In this document: positions 50,758 through 62,600 of the stretch, in pieces
Numbering within the stretch: position 1 is the first letter of the stretch
Layout of the letters: each line of letters begins with the position of its first letter
Source: Callorhinchus milii
Taxonomy: Eukaryota
Length of the DNA stretch: 64,000 bases
Reading direction: 5' to 3'
Assembly (NCBI RefSeq): GCF_018977255.1
Contig: NW_024704742.1
Span: 89,902,001-89,966,000 of the forward strand
Notes under the pieces: model-generated
What the model was told of the DNA's origin: nothing
The model's database searches: none
Seen by the model: the letters and a program-made list of their open reading frames with translations, nothing else
Program-made: the position numbers and the translations under genes

Positions 50758-51238
50758 TCCCTCATCCCTGATACCATTCTGGCAAATCTCCTCTGGACCC
50801 TTTCAATGGCCTTGATATTCTTCCTAAAGTGTGGTGCCCAGAAATGGACACAATACTCCAGCTGAGGCCTTATTTACTGGTTTATAAACGTTTAGCAGAA
50901 CTTCTTTGCTTCTATTTATAAAGCCAATGATCCCATTTGCATTTTTAACTGCTATATCAACCTGTCCTGCCACCTTCAAAGACCTGTGTATGTGAACCCC
51001 CAAGTCTCTCTGCTCCTGAACCCCCTTTAAAACTGTACCATTTTGTGTATATTGCCTCTCCTCATTCTTCCTCCCAAAATGCATCACTTTACACTTCTCT
51101 GCATTACACTTCATCTGCCACGTGTCTGCCCATTTAACAAGTCTGTCTATGTCCTCCTGTAGTCTGCTACCATCGTACCACTGTTTACCACGTTCCCAAG
51201 TTTTGTGTCATCTGCTCTCTAAACCCAAGACCAAGTCA
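50758..51238 (-). mobile_element. CR1-clade LINE internal fragment
   Basis: MKCNAEKCKVMHFGRKNEERQY...QEQRDLGVHIHRSLKVAGQV peptide. Confidence 0.85.
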
Positions 51239-51478
51239 GTGTAACTTACCATTAGGTATGTTCATTAAAAAACAATGGATTGTTAAAATAACAAACGATG
51301 GATGGATTGATCAATTCAATAGTCTTATCCGTGAAACGAGTTGTGCTGGAAAGTGCTGGGATTACATTGTATTGTAGCCTCTATTGCTTTCCCCTCCTCT
51401 ACCTCCTTATGAATAGTATTCTCTCCAAAATAAAATGTGATGTATGTAAAAATAAAGCTCACTAGAGCCATGACTTAC

Positions 51479-51613
51479 CGACCAGCACAGTGTTTCCAGA
51501 GCTCAACACCTGCTTGGCTCCACGAGTTGTAGCAAGCACTGTGTGAACGTTGTATCCTGCAACAGCAAATGCTGCCTTCAACTCTTTGGATTCTGGAAAT
51601 TCTCTTGGGGGAT
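51479..51613 (-). CDS. ADAMTSL1: ADAMTSL1 inter-Ig linker exon (not in the ORF track)
   Basis: tttcttaag|AT ... GTCG|gtaagt, 135 nt, phase 1 to 1. DPPREFPESKELKAAFAVAGYNVHTVLATTRGAKQVLSSGNTVLVG aligns to recalled human DPPQVP...LDPGNSALLG. Confidence 0.85.
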
Positions 51614-52616
51614 CTTAAGAAAAAGAAGACCTTGAATTTTTATGGAGGCCTTATAAATTGAAATGTTTCAAAGCACTTTACAGCAATTTGTGTAAACTGT
51701 GTATGTGGACAAATATTGCAGCTGTCCCATCACCAATACTGAGGTGTATGACTAATTTTACTTGAGGATTCCTGGCCACAGTACCTAGGCAGAAAGTCCA
51801 TTCACTTCTTGAAAAGTGTCATGGGATCTTTAATATCTATCTGAACTTCAACAGGCAGATGAGATCTCGGTTTAACGTCTCATCCAAAACCCCTTGACAA
51901 TGCAGTGCCCTTCAGTACTACAGTGGAGGGCCATATAATAATAAATAAATAATCCTTGCATTTACTATTAAGCCTTATCATGTCACCAAGACTTTTCAAA
52001 GAACTTCACAGGATATACTATAAAATGTTGCGCTTATGTATTTTGTGGGCAAATATATTGAGTGTTGAGTGAAAGGTGTTTAACTAAAAACCTAGAAGAA
52101 AACAGGATATTTAGACAGCTGGTGAGGTGTGTTATGATGCCATTGAACTGTGCTGCTATGGTATTGCTAACTCCAACAAGAGAACTGGAACTCAGGTCCA
52201 TTAATCTTATATAAAGAGCCTAAAGCAGCTCAGACAGTTGTAGTTCAGTCTGCAGACAATGTTTGTTCAGTAAATGTCTTCTCACAATGCGAATCATCAA
52301 CACTGAAAGCATCCATCAGCAGATGTACCAAATGACAATAAATAAACAAATGCTGCAAAAATATCGAATATCGAAAGGCAAAGGAAAGGGAGGTTTTGAT
52401 AAACATGGTACTGAACATCAAGTAGAATTACTCTGTCTTGAAATCAAAGTGTAATATCATCACATTAACTACATTAATAATAAGAATCCTTGCATTTGAT
52501 ATAACGCCTTATCACATCTTTGAGATGTCTCAAAACGTTTCACAGAATATAAATGAATTGACTATATAATTTGTTGGTGAAACGCGGCAGCCAATTGCGC
52601 ACATTGTGAACTTCTT

Positions 52617-52908
52617 GGAGGTAGAAACTCCACCCAGGTTTAGATTTACATTACAATCCAATTTACATTTATATTGCACTTTCCACATTGGGAGAACGCC
52701 TCAAATTGCTTATTTACTCTATTTATGCGGCATTTCAGAGTCCAGAATTTGGCGAATTGGTGAAATCAGCTCTAACCTTGACACCAGTTCTTAAAAGAAC
52801 TAACAAAAATTAAACCATAATTTAAATTTTAAAAATTGCCAAATTCTGGGCCCTTTGAAATGCGAGATGAATAGAGTAAATCTAGAACTGGATGGTATTT
52901 CTGGCCCC
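52617..52908. mobile_element. MITE, same family, with a short L2-tail insertion in its left TIR
   Basis: GAAACTCCACCCAGGTTTAGATTTAC[insert]ATTTACTCTATTTATG ... AATAGAGTAAATCTAGAACTGGATGGTATTTCTGGCCCC. Confidence 0.72.
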
Positions 52909-53161
52909 TAGTTTGATCATAATACATGAGCACCCCGAATTGAGGCAACACGTCCTGAATTTTCTCTTGATTTTAGTCTCAAGACATTGCCTTCAAATTT
53001 AAGATTGAAGATGAACATGAACAATTTTGTAAAGTTTTAGAATTCATAATAAAATTTTGCTGATGGGGAGAGGAAGGAAATTGTTCATGACTGACAATTA
53101 TCACATCACACAGAACACTTTTCAGTCATTAAGTCTATGCTTGTATGGACATCTATTGTAC

Positions 53162-53344
53162 CTTTCACCAGCAGTCGTGTGGTTTCTATTGCTTGGCCAA
53201 GAGCATTAGATGCCTGACAGGAGTAGAGGCCCTGATTGATTAGGGTGACATTGAGGATCACGAGGGATCCATTCTGAAAATGGCTGGTGTTAGTGTGAAG
53301 TCTGCTCTTGTCTTTTGTCCAGGTGATTCTGGGCTGAGGCAGAC
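53162..53344 (-). CDS. ADAMTSL1: ADAMTS-like 1, Ig-like domain exon (most upstream exon found in the window)
   Basis: ttacag|GT ... AAAG|gtacaa, 183 nt, phase 1 to 1. GLPQPRITWTKDKSRL...NGSLVILNVTLINQGLYSCQASNALG is an I-set Ig pattern (core W, Y-x-C-x-A-x-N). Confidence 0.9.
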
Positions 53345-54242
53345 CTGTAAAAACAAGACAACATGAAAATAAATAAAACTTCCTCTTCTCTCGATGAAGT
53401 TTGAAATGCAAAGTCATCATGATCTGCCTGGGGTTTCACGACCAGGCATGGAATGAACAAGACACAACTTGGCTGATGCTTCAAATATGGATAATATCAC
53501 ATCTTCTTGTAGTTTCACAAGTGTCAGAAATCACTCAGAATTAGACTTATTTGACCTGTGAATATTTTTAATTATGTTTATTGGGATAAAAAAAAGATGC
53601 TTAAAAACTCATTTGATATCGATCAAGCATGTTATCAATTCTATTATGAAACATCAATCTTTCGCCATTCCTATTAAAACCTGTAAATGGGACAGGCAAG
53701 AATAAATGCTTTTTTTTGCTCAGGATCATTTTTGGACCAATTTGAGCTTCTCCACTGTTTAACCAGACTGTGCTCGAAATAAGTTTCAAAGATATCAGCA
53801 TTGAATAAACATCAGATAAAATGGTTAATCATATATTTCGCAATGCACCCTCCAGAGTGGTGAGAAACAATCACAGGCCTCTTCCTGAGTCACGCTTTTG
53901 TTGCAAAATGTATAGCGTTTGAAGGACAATAAATAGAGATGTAAATAAAACAGATGACAATGAACCTTGTGTGTGTTTACATTTTTATGGAACAGCTGTG
54001 TTTGCTTTTATGAGCCTTATATACAAATTACTTTAATGGATAAGATATGTTTCATAAATTTATGCTTTTAACACTCTTGGGACTCTGGCAACATTTTTGC
54101 ACTCAAATGGAAAACAGTTTCAAATTGTTTAGAACTTTCTAAGGATGCAATGATCAGGCCTCTATTTTACAGTATTTCCATTACAAACATATGGGCATCC
54201 AGTTTGTTTTGAATGTTTGTAGAAAAATAAAGTGAATATTTA

Positions 54243-54475
54243 TAATAATAATCTTTCAGACGTCTCAAATATACTGTAAAGTGGATTGACTATGTATTTT
54301 GTGGGTGAAAAGTAAGTGATTATTGCCCCCAGAAACGATTTGTCAATTGGCTAACAATCAGGTTCACGCTTACTGCTGGGTAAACAGAAGAGTGTGGAGT
54401 AAGGTAACTTGACGAAGGTTATGCCCTGCTTGGGAATGAAACCCGGGTCCCTTTGCTTTCGAGTGCTCTAACCAA
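54243..54475 (-). mobile_element. Long-subfamily SINE, internally deleted
   Basis: GTGTGGAGTAAGG...CCCGGGTCC...GAGTGCTCTAACC head and internal block. Abuts an L2 3' end. Confidence 0.75.
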
Positions 54476-55944
54476 CACTCCCTCCGCTCAGCGGGCTCTG
54501 GCCTGCTTCACAGGCCCCGCCTGTTTACCCCACTATCGGCAGGCGGGCCTTCCTCCACTCTGCACCCACCCTCTGGAATTCCATCCCGTAGTCCCTCTGT
54601 CTCGCCGCCTCCCTCTCCACCTTCAAGATCCACCTCAAGACCCTCCTCTTCGACCGTGCTTTCGATCTCCCTGCTTCCCTCCCTGCCCTCCCCCGTTCCC
54701 CAACCCTCAGCTCGGGTCCGAAACTCTGTCTGTTCAGCGCCTTGGGACATCCTCCCGACGTGAAAGGCGCTATATAAATGTAATCTTGTTGTATTGGACT
54801 AGAGTTAAAAAGCCAATTCACCCTTTCAGTATTGGAAGAGTTAACCCCCCCACATTTGGATTAATTATTACACACATGGATTTAAAAGTAGAATGTGTTG
54901 GCTCAGAATTTGAAATAACTTTGGAATTATTTCTTCATTGAGAATCAACAGATGCTTCTATTTGATGCAACTCAGTATGAGACGAAATTCAGAAGATGTA
55001 AATACAAGACAGGGCAAACAGGAACAATGTCTCCATGGCATTGCAAGCAAGGAGTTGATTACCCTGTGCCAAACCTACGTTGAACAAGTTAACAGTAGGG
55101 AGGGATACCATGTGAAGGAGCTGTCAGCAGATTTGCAAACAACGTGCTCTGTAATATTCGCAGAGCAACACTCATGAATTACAGTGCAGTGGAACAAATA
55201 GATGTGTGAAGCAATTGTTAATCTGCAAATATTTCGAGGAAGATGCATTTAACCCTTCACCTACCAGGTCCAGGGAAACAGGAATCTCCCTGGGCCAGAC
55301 GTTTCTAAAGTTCTCAATCCATACTAATTTTGCTAACAATTAATACAAATCAGTCTTTACTGGGTTCCAACTTGTGGGTTGTGTTAACAGACCATGTGCA
55401 AAATCCATAGGATGGTTTAAATCATGTGCAAAATGTAAACAAATTGTGATTCAGGTTAGTTACTTGGAAACACAAACACATGCCCTTAATTAAGTACTTA
55501 ATACCAAATGTTATGTGAAGGATTTCAGTCTCTAGTATCTTTACACTGGTTGTTAATCATATCATTTATAGCGCTTGTAAGTCCCTCTATCTCTATATAC
55601 ACGCATTTGCATTAGTTCAATCCATGGATTTGGGGTGCAAAATAGACCTCCACTGTAATATTGAGAAATAATTAAGAATTGTGATGTATTAATTACAACT
55701 AGTGCTAATTACATCACAGGTCACGATTCTTCCCTCCTCTGAATTTTAAAATACAAAATAAACTTTTGAAACACTTTTGATATAAAATAATAAAACAATG
55801 ATTGTTGATTTCCCTTTTATCTCCAACTTTTATTCCATGAATTCTAACTTAATCTATTCTAACCCTTTTTAAAAATAATCTTTTTTGAACCACTGAAGTG
55901 GAAAATGTGACTTATGATAACCGTTGATAATATCACCTTGTACT

Positions 55945-56168
55945 GAGTAGAAAATTTCACCTGGCTCTAAGTTACTCTCTTTATGTAGCATTTCAGAGAC
56001 ATTCAGAATGTAACAAATTCTTAAATTCAACCTTTACTTAGCTGGTCAGTAAGTTATTTTAAGAAACATAGAAAACCGACTTCAAATTCAAGACCGAATT
56101 CAACAATTTTCCACATTGTTTAATTTTCTAATATAGAGTAAATCTAAATCCAAATAAAATTGCTCCCC
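55945..56168. mobile_element. MITE, same family, more degraded
   Basis: AAATTTCACCTGGCTCTAAGTTACTCTCTTTATGTAGCATTTCAGAG ... ATAGAGTAAATCTAAATCC...TGCTCCCC. Confidence 0.72.
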
Positions 56169-56859
56169 ACGAGAATTTACTCAGTTGCCTTTACTTCTAT
56201 CTTCCAAAAATTGATCTTCAACTTATTTGAAAGTATCTCCAAAATCTTTTCTTAATTAAATTAAAAAATATTAAGAATAAATTGTAAATACACATTACTG
56301 TCTGCAACAGGTGAAATACATTCACTAGGTAAGGTATGATAGGGCAAGGAAAACTAGATTATGCTTTGGTGTCTTAACTTATCTATAGTGCAGTAAGGGT
56401 TGATACCTTGGCATTCATCATGGAAAAGCAATAAAACAATTTTAAGAGCTCTCCCTGGAGTATTTTTTAAATAAAACTACCCAGTTCCCTATAATTTACT
56501 GCACACATTAGATTGATTATCAACCTGAAGTTCCAGAATGGTAACGATCTAAAGATTTCTTCAGTGGTCGTCACACCAGAGTGAATAGAGCAAAGCAGAC
56601 AACGTATAGACAATGACAGACAATGACAACTGGGGGACAGTTCTCTGATGTTTTCTTTCACTTTTTAAAAACTTTTTGGGAAAGCTTCAATACACTACAG
56701 TACAGATGTAAGCCAATCCATCTGAAATTGATACACTAAGTTCGATAATGGTGCTGCTAGTGACCGAAGATGTGCTGAACAGCATACACAACAACTGTGC
56801 CTACATTGTACATTGTGGAGTGTAGTATAGCTGCGTAACAGCCTTGTGGGTTAAGGTAA

Positions 56860-57090
56860 CATAGTGTATTCATATAGACCAGAAGGCTGCTAGTTTGATA
56901 TCCAGTCTGTACTGAGTTGGTTGATCTCAGTTGGACAGCAATAAAGGTACAACAGTTGTCTTTATTGCTGTTAGGCTGAGGGAGAAGAAAATAGGCTAGA
57001 GTTCTCACTCCCTATCATTATCCTTTGATTCATTCAGGAAAGTGTCAGGTTCAGAAATACTCTGACTCAGCTACGATACCCTCTACAGTA
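56860..57090 (+). mobile_element. Old tRNA-type SINE, a third family
   Basis: AGACCAGAAGG...TTGAT...GTCTGTACTGAGTTGGTTGATCTCAG...GAGGGAGAAGAAAAT is homologous to 18820-18965 (+) and 42590-42940 (-). Confidence 0.55.
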
Positions 57091-57146
57091 GGATAGGATA
57101 TTGATAGGAGAAATTCCACCTGGGTCTATAATTACTCTATTTCCTT

Positions 57147-57390
57147 AACAACAACAACAACAACAAGATTCCATTTATAAAGCGCCTTTCACGTCAGGAG
57201 GACATCCCAAGGCGCTGCACAGTTGGGTCATGACCCGAGCAGGGGGGAAATAGTCAGGGTGAGGGGAGGGAAGGGAGGGAGCGAGGAGGGGGAAATGGTG
57301 AGGGGAGGGAAGGGAGGGAGCGAGGAGGGGGGAAATGGTCAGGGTAAGGGGAGGGAAGGGAGGGAGCGAGGAGGGGGAAGAGAGTCGAGA
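57147..57390 (-). mobile_element. Young L2-tail element with a G-rich ~40-46 bp tandem repeat (about 3 units)
   Basis: Tail is almost the exact reverse complement of 6541-6608. Unit GGGGGGAAATGGT(CAGGGT)GAGGGGAGGGAAGGGAGGGAGCGAGGA is repeated. Confidence 0.75.
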
Positions 57391-57693
57391 GGGTCTCAGA
57401 ATGTGCAGAATACAGTAAGTTGTTGAGTCCAGTCTAAGCTTTTAAGGCGATTTTCCATAATTGATAAAATAACTTACACAGAAAAAGGTTTCATTATTGA
57501 AGAATTTGCCAAATTCTGGATCACTGTCCTCATCTGACATACACACACCACACACATCTTTTGCAGCATAAATCTCTAGATTAAAAGTGGGAACCCAAGT
57601 CAGGAGCATTGATGCCAAATGTAGCATTGTGGCTGAGTTCAGTTAAACTCAGCACAGATTGGAATTTGAACCTGTGACATTGTGGTCTGCAGG

Positions 57694-57920
57694 GGAGAAA
57701 TTCCACCTGGGTCTAGATTTACTCTATTTATTTAACATTTCAGAGTGTCTGGAAATAGGGAAATTCTTATATACAGCATTCATTTTGAAAAACAACTTCA
57801 ATTCTTTTAAGGAATAAAGAAAACTGACTTCAAAGCTAATGTAAGACTGAATTCAACAACTCTGAACACTCTAAAATGCTACATAAATAGAGTAAGTCTA
57901 GATCCAGGTGGAATTTCTCC
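57694..57920. mobile_element. MITE (non-autonomous DNA transposon) with ~37-bp terminal inverted repeats
   Basis: Left end GGAGAAATTCCACCTGGGTCTAGATTTACTCTATTTAT versus reverse complement of right end GGAGAAATTCCACCTGGATCTAGACTTACTCTATTTAT. Confidence 0.85.
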
Positions 57921-58289
57921 TCAATGTCCAAATGGTACAAAAGGCAATGCATTTCACCTACAGAGCAATGAGGAGCTTGTTGCAATGTGATTCAATAAAA
58001 TATGTTTCCCATGTCGGACCAGCTTAAATCCAATTGGGAAATTACTTTTGCATGATTCTAGCACTTCATTAAACCTTTCTCACTCAGGTGAGTTGTTAGG
58101 TTTTTTTTATATATCAAGTCTTAATTACAGAGGCTGTTCCAACAGTGCACAGCCAGTCACCAACACAAACTGCCTGCAAAGTGAAAGGTATTTGAACCAC
58201 ATCTAAAGTTGTTAGATCCACATTGAACTAATTATGAAACTAATACCTTAGAAATATTGGGAGCAAAATTGAGTAAATTCAGTCAAATA

Positions 58290-59250
58290 CCTCTGGCTCC
58301 CCACCCCCTCTGCTCCGGCTTCCACTCCATCTTCCTCACTTCTGCCTCACTTTCGACCCCATTTCTCCCTCGTCCCTCTCCTGCATGAAACCCACTACCG
58401 GCTTTGACTCCCACCCTCACACTGCTCCTAACCACCCATTTTCCCCTCTTCGTGTCCCATCCAATTCACCTTGTGAACCTCACCCTCTGCTCTGCTACAA
58501 TAACCCTCCTCTCAAACCCACTCTCATCATGTCAAACCTGCTCCTCTCCAAAGTGCTGGAATGAATCATTGCTTCCTAGCTTTGTTCCTTCCTTTCGCAA
58601 CACTACTTCCTTGAGCCCTTTCAATCTGCCCCAACCACAGCATTGTGGCTGCCCTGGTCAAAGGTACCAATGACATCCTTTCCATCTGTGACAAGGGCTT
58701 TCTCTGTCTTTTTGATCTCCTTGATCTTCCTGCCATCTTTGACATAGTCGACCGCTCCACCTTTGCTCCACTGTTTCTCCTTCTTGCTTTACCTCCATGA
58801 TTCTGTCTTTTCCTGGTTGCAGCACTTCGGGATGTCCTCCTGACATGAAAGGTGCTATACAAATGGGATTTGTTGTTGTTTTTGTTCACTCTTATCTGTC
58901 CCACTTTGCCTCTTCCAATGGTTTCTCCCACCCACCCTCACACAGTCACATACAGCGTTCCCGAGGGCTCTATCCTTGGTCCTCTCATTTTTGCCATCTA
59001 TATGCTCCCAGTTGGTAACATCAGTCATAGGCATATGGTACATTTCCACATTTATGTGCATGACACCTAACTTTATCTCTCTGCCTCTCCCCTTGATTCC
59101 AGAATGAATTTGGTTGTGACCAATTACCTGTCAGACATCAAGTCCTAGATGAGCTCTAACTTCCTCCAGTTGAATGTCAACAAAACTAGATCTTCCTGCT
59201 TGGCTCTTGCAAGTGTTTTCCCACCTCAGGCACCTCAGCATCAACCTGCA
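58290..59250 (+). mobile_element. L2-clade LINE degraded RT fragment
   Basis: VPEGSILGPLIFAIYMLPVGNISHRHMVHFHIYVHDT. Interrupted by a ~68-bp L2-tail insertion at 58819-58886. Confidence 0.82.
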
Positions 59251-59324
59251 ATATCCTATTTCATCTGTAATGTGTATATACGTGTGCAGGTATGAGTTTG
59301 TGCATACATGTGAAGATATAAATT

Positions 59325-59670
59325 AGAGTTTGGTGTAGTGGGTTAGATCACTGCCCTTTTCATGTGTCATGTGTATCTCAATCCCAACTAGGTTGACAGG
59401 GGCATTTCTTTCTGCTGGCTCCAAAACTTGTGTCTGAACTAAGACTCCTCAGATTTTTGATCCAGTTACTAATTGGCAGAGGTCCAGGGCACAAACTTGA
59501 TCTGCCACTATGATGGTGATTTCATTCAGAGGTCAGAAGGATGCCTGGTGTGGACTGGTGCGTAGCAATCTTTTATCATTTGTGGTTGGTGCAAAAGAGA
59601 AAGTTTTACGCTGCATCTGATCTTTCCCTGCCTGACATCCTGTCATCTCTTATCTTGATCAGCGCTGAAA
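59325..59670 (+). mobile_element. Highly degraded LF-SINE-like element
   Basis: GTAGTGGGTTAGATCACTGCCCTTTTCA head, TCTGCTGGCT, CAGTTACTAATTGGCAG and AGTTTTACGCTGCATCT blocks resemble a recalled LF-SINE-type consensus. Confidence 0.45.
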
Positions 59671-62600
59671 TTCCCAAGACAATTGCATGCATAATTTAAA
59701 TGATCATGAGCAATTACACAAATGCCTTTGGCAGAACACCTGAGCAGTACTGTAAATCCCTGTCAGTGAGCATTTGAAAGTTTCTGCTCTCTAACTGTGC
59801 ATCAGGGCTTGGTGTACTGTCCTGGAGATCCTCCAATTGTTAATAGAGATTGGATGGTTCCGTGGGCATATGTTCTGTAGTTGTGTGCTATTTAAAAGAA
59901 GGATCAGACAAGATACCTGAAAGCTGTAAAACAGTAAGTTTTGCATCAGTCTTAAATCTTAAATATTAGGCACGAGGACTGGTTGCATTTTAAATATAAA
60001 TAAAAGCAGGACAAAAATTAGCTGGAGAAGCCAAGAGAAACACAGAATCTAAGATTGGTACAGAAGATTGCAGAGAAAACAGATTTGTAGAGACAGCAGA
60101 GAGAGAGCTGGACAGGATTCATAACAATAGTATACAAAGGTTAAATGCCGTTTAACAGCCAAAGCCCCCAGCTCCACCCATGACTATTAGAATAGATGGA
60201 TTCTCAAATCAGTGATGCTTTAACTTGTATATTCTAAATTAAATTTTGGGCGAGATTCCAGAGGATTGGAATGCAGCTATCAATCTTTTTTTTCTTAATG
60301 AAAGGGTTACGAGGCGTACACGAAGATTATAAACCTTGGATGCTGAAAAAATATCTTAATTTTGAAAGATTGTGTACATGACATGGAAATGGCATAATTT
60401 GGAAATGGCATAATAATAACTTGTTATAAGGGTCAGTCAGTCAAATTATGCCACTCCCAAGCATTCATTCGCACACTCTGTCAAAATCAAAATTTTTAAG
60501 AAAGGGAGGTCTTTTTTAAATATTGTTACTCATCCCACCATTGGAGATTGGGTTTTCCATCTTTTTTGTCCTCACTCTCTGGAATTCCATCACAGAGTCT
60601 CTCCGACTCACTCCTCCTTCACCATTTTCGAGGTCCATCTCAAGATACACATCTTTGACTGCACTTTGGGTGATCCTTCCCCACCCTATCACCCTCGGCT
60701 CCCACCCTCAGCTCAGGTTCCAAGCCAGGATTGTTAAGCACTTTTAAACTTCCTCCCGATGTGAAAGTCACTGTTTAAATGTAAATTTGTATTGTATTGT
60801 AAAGGGACAAGGATTTTTGAAGATATTGCTGACCTGGTATACAATTACACTACAGTTTGTATCATCTCCTCAGATTATCATAGAGTTGTTGACAATGTTC
60901 CACATTGGCAGCTGATGACTGAGGTAAAGATTCACTAATAGTCAGTAAAGTATAGCACTGGATCGATACAGCGTTAAAATTAAAAAAAGGGAAACGATTA
61001 CAAGAGTAACCAGTACTCCTGTAGACTTTCGGGACTTGTAGGAGCAATCAAAGCACTTATTGAAGGCTTCAATCGGAAAATTATAGATTTAAAATGAAAT
61101 CATGCAATTTTCCTACAAATGCACACTTGTACGCCATATAAACAGAAAATGTGCAGAGCATTGTAAACTAAAGCCAGAAAGTAAGAGTGCAATATAAAAT
61201 ATTAATTTACAAGACATTAAGACGGCTCATGGTTCAGCTTTAAAAGGGGCATCATCTGCGTAAAATAATTGTTTGGAAAACCTTTTTCTCCAATGTTTGA
61301 CCAATGCAATAAAATGTTTGCAAGTAATGTAATGGTGACGAAAATGGTACTTGACTCACCTTCATTCTTAAAAAAAATGTCAAACAGTGTTTCATGAAAA
61401 CAGGGAGCCTTCATAAATTCAATGCAATGGTAGAGTCAAAGGCAAGAATGAAGACAGTTTAATTTTAATACTAGATATAGTTTTTCCAGGTTTGTTTTAA
61501 GAATTTGAAGAGTTTTAAAAGTTTGTTTTAACCCAAGTTGCAGTTGGTTTTATAAACAGCCTCAGGATTGACTTTCTACTAAGTTTACCTGGCGTGAGGC
61601 GAATTAACAATAAAAATAAGCTTTGTATTTGATATGACGCCTTATCACTTCTTTAAGATGTATCAAATCGCTTCACAGGATTTTGCTGTGAAATGCAGTG
61701 ACTGTCTACTTGTAGGCAAACCTGGCAGCTAATCTTAACACATCAATCTTACAATAATAATCTTTGCATTTGATATAGTGCCTTACCACATCTTCGTGAC
61801 GTCTCAAAGCGCTTCACAGAATATACTGTAAAGTGAATTGACTGTATATTTTGTGGGTGAAACGCGGCAGCCAATTGCCCACAGCAGTGTCCCACGAACA
61901 GTAATGATTTGAAGTGACCAATTTATTATTTTAATTTTTAAAGGAATTATTATCTTCCGCAAAGATATTTGAAGTAAATGTCCAATTTATTTTGGGGATT
62001 AGTGGCCACGTGTTTTGAGACATCGTCCCAATGTGAAAGGTGCTATTTAAATGTAAATTGTACTAATACAATTGAATTATATTATAATCTCATTTAGAGT
62101 ATTATGTACCTCTCCAAACTGATCTGACTGCGGATATGATGCAAGAACCTTTTGTTTTCTGGCTGGAAGGATACCTTTCAAAAGTCCGGTTTGAAACTCT
62201 TAAGCCATGCATGTTTTTCAAAGGACTAAAATGGGTTTCAACTCCTGTTCAAATTGTATTCCGCAGAGGTTACATTTACGGACTTGTTAATGCACCACAA
62301 GAGGGCACTAGAGTATTTTTGTTGCAGTCTCCTTCCTCATGTACTGTTGGCTGAACAATTGCTGAAACGGTTCATGTTCTATACTACTATTATATGCAAG
62401 GGAAACTGTCATAGGCAAAGAGCTTGGATGGTGTTATCTCTGAAGCTCCTGCCCAAAGCTTCTGTGACATAAACTGGGTTTATCCAGGGTATCCCTTGCA
62501 TGTCATGCAGAATTACGAGATTTCAGCTCTGTTGAGATCTCAGGTCCAAGCTGAGGTCAGGCAACGCTGTGGGACATACATGTCATTCCCTGTAGTAAAC

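Noticed and set aside
29054..53344. Assignment as ADAMTSL3 or papilin
   Set aside because: PLAC and last TSP1 sequences match recalled ADAMTSL1 much better, and there are no Kunitz domains.
54453..54941. 162-aa Pro-rich ORF
   Set aside because: Chance read-through across a SINE/L2 3'-end junction.
60383..60414. Small tandem duplications (also 1512-1540 and 35027-35054)
   Set aside because: Ordinary 14-16 bp slippage duplications.
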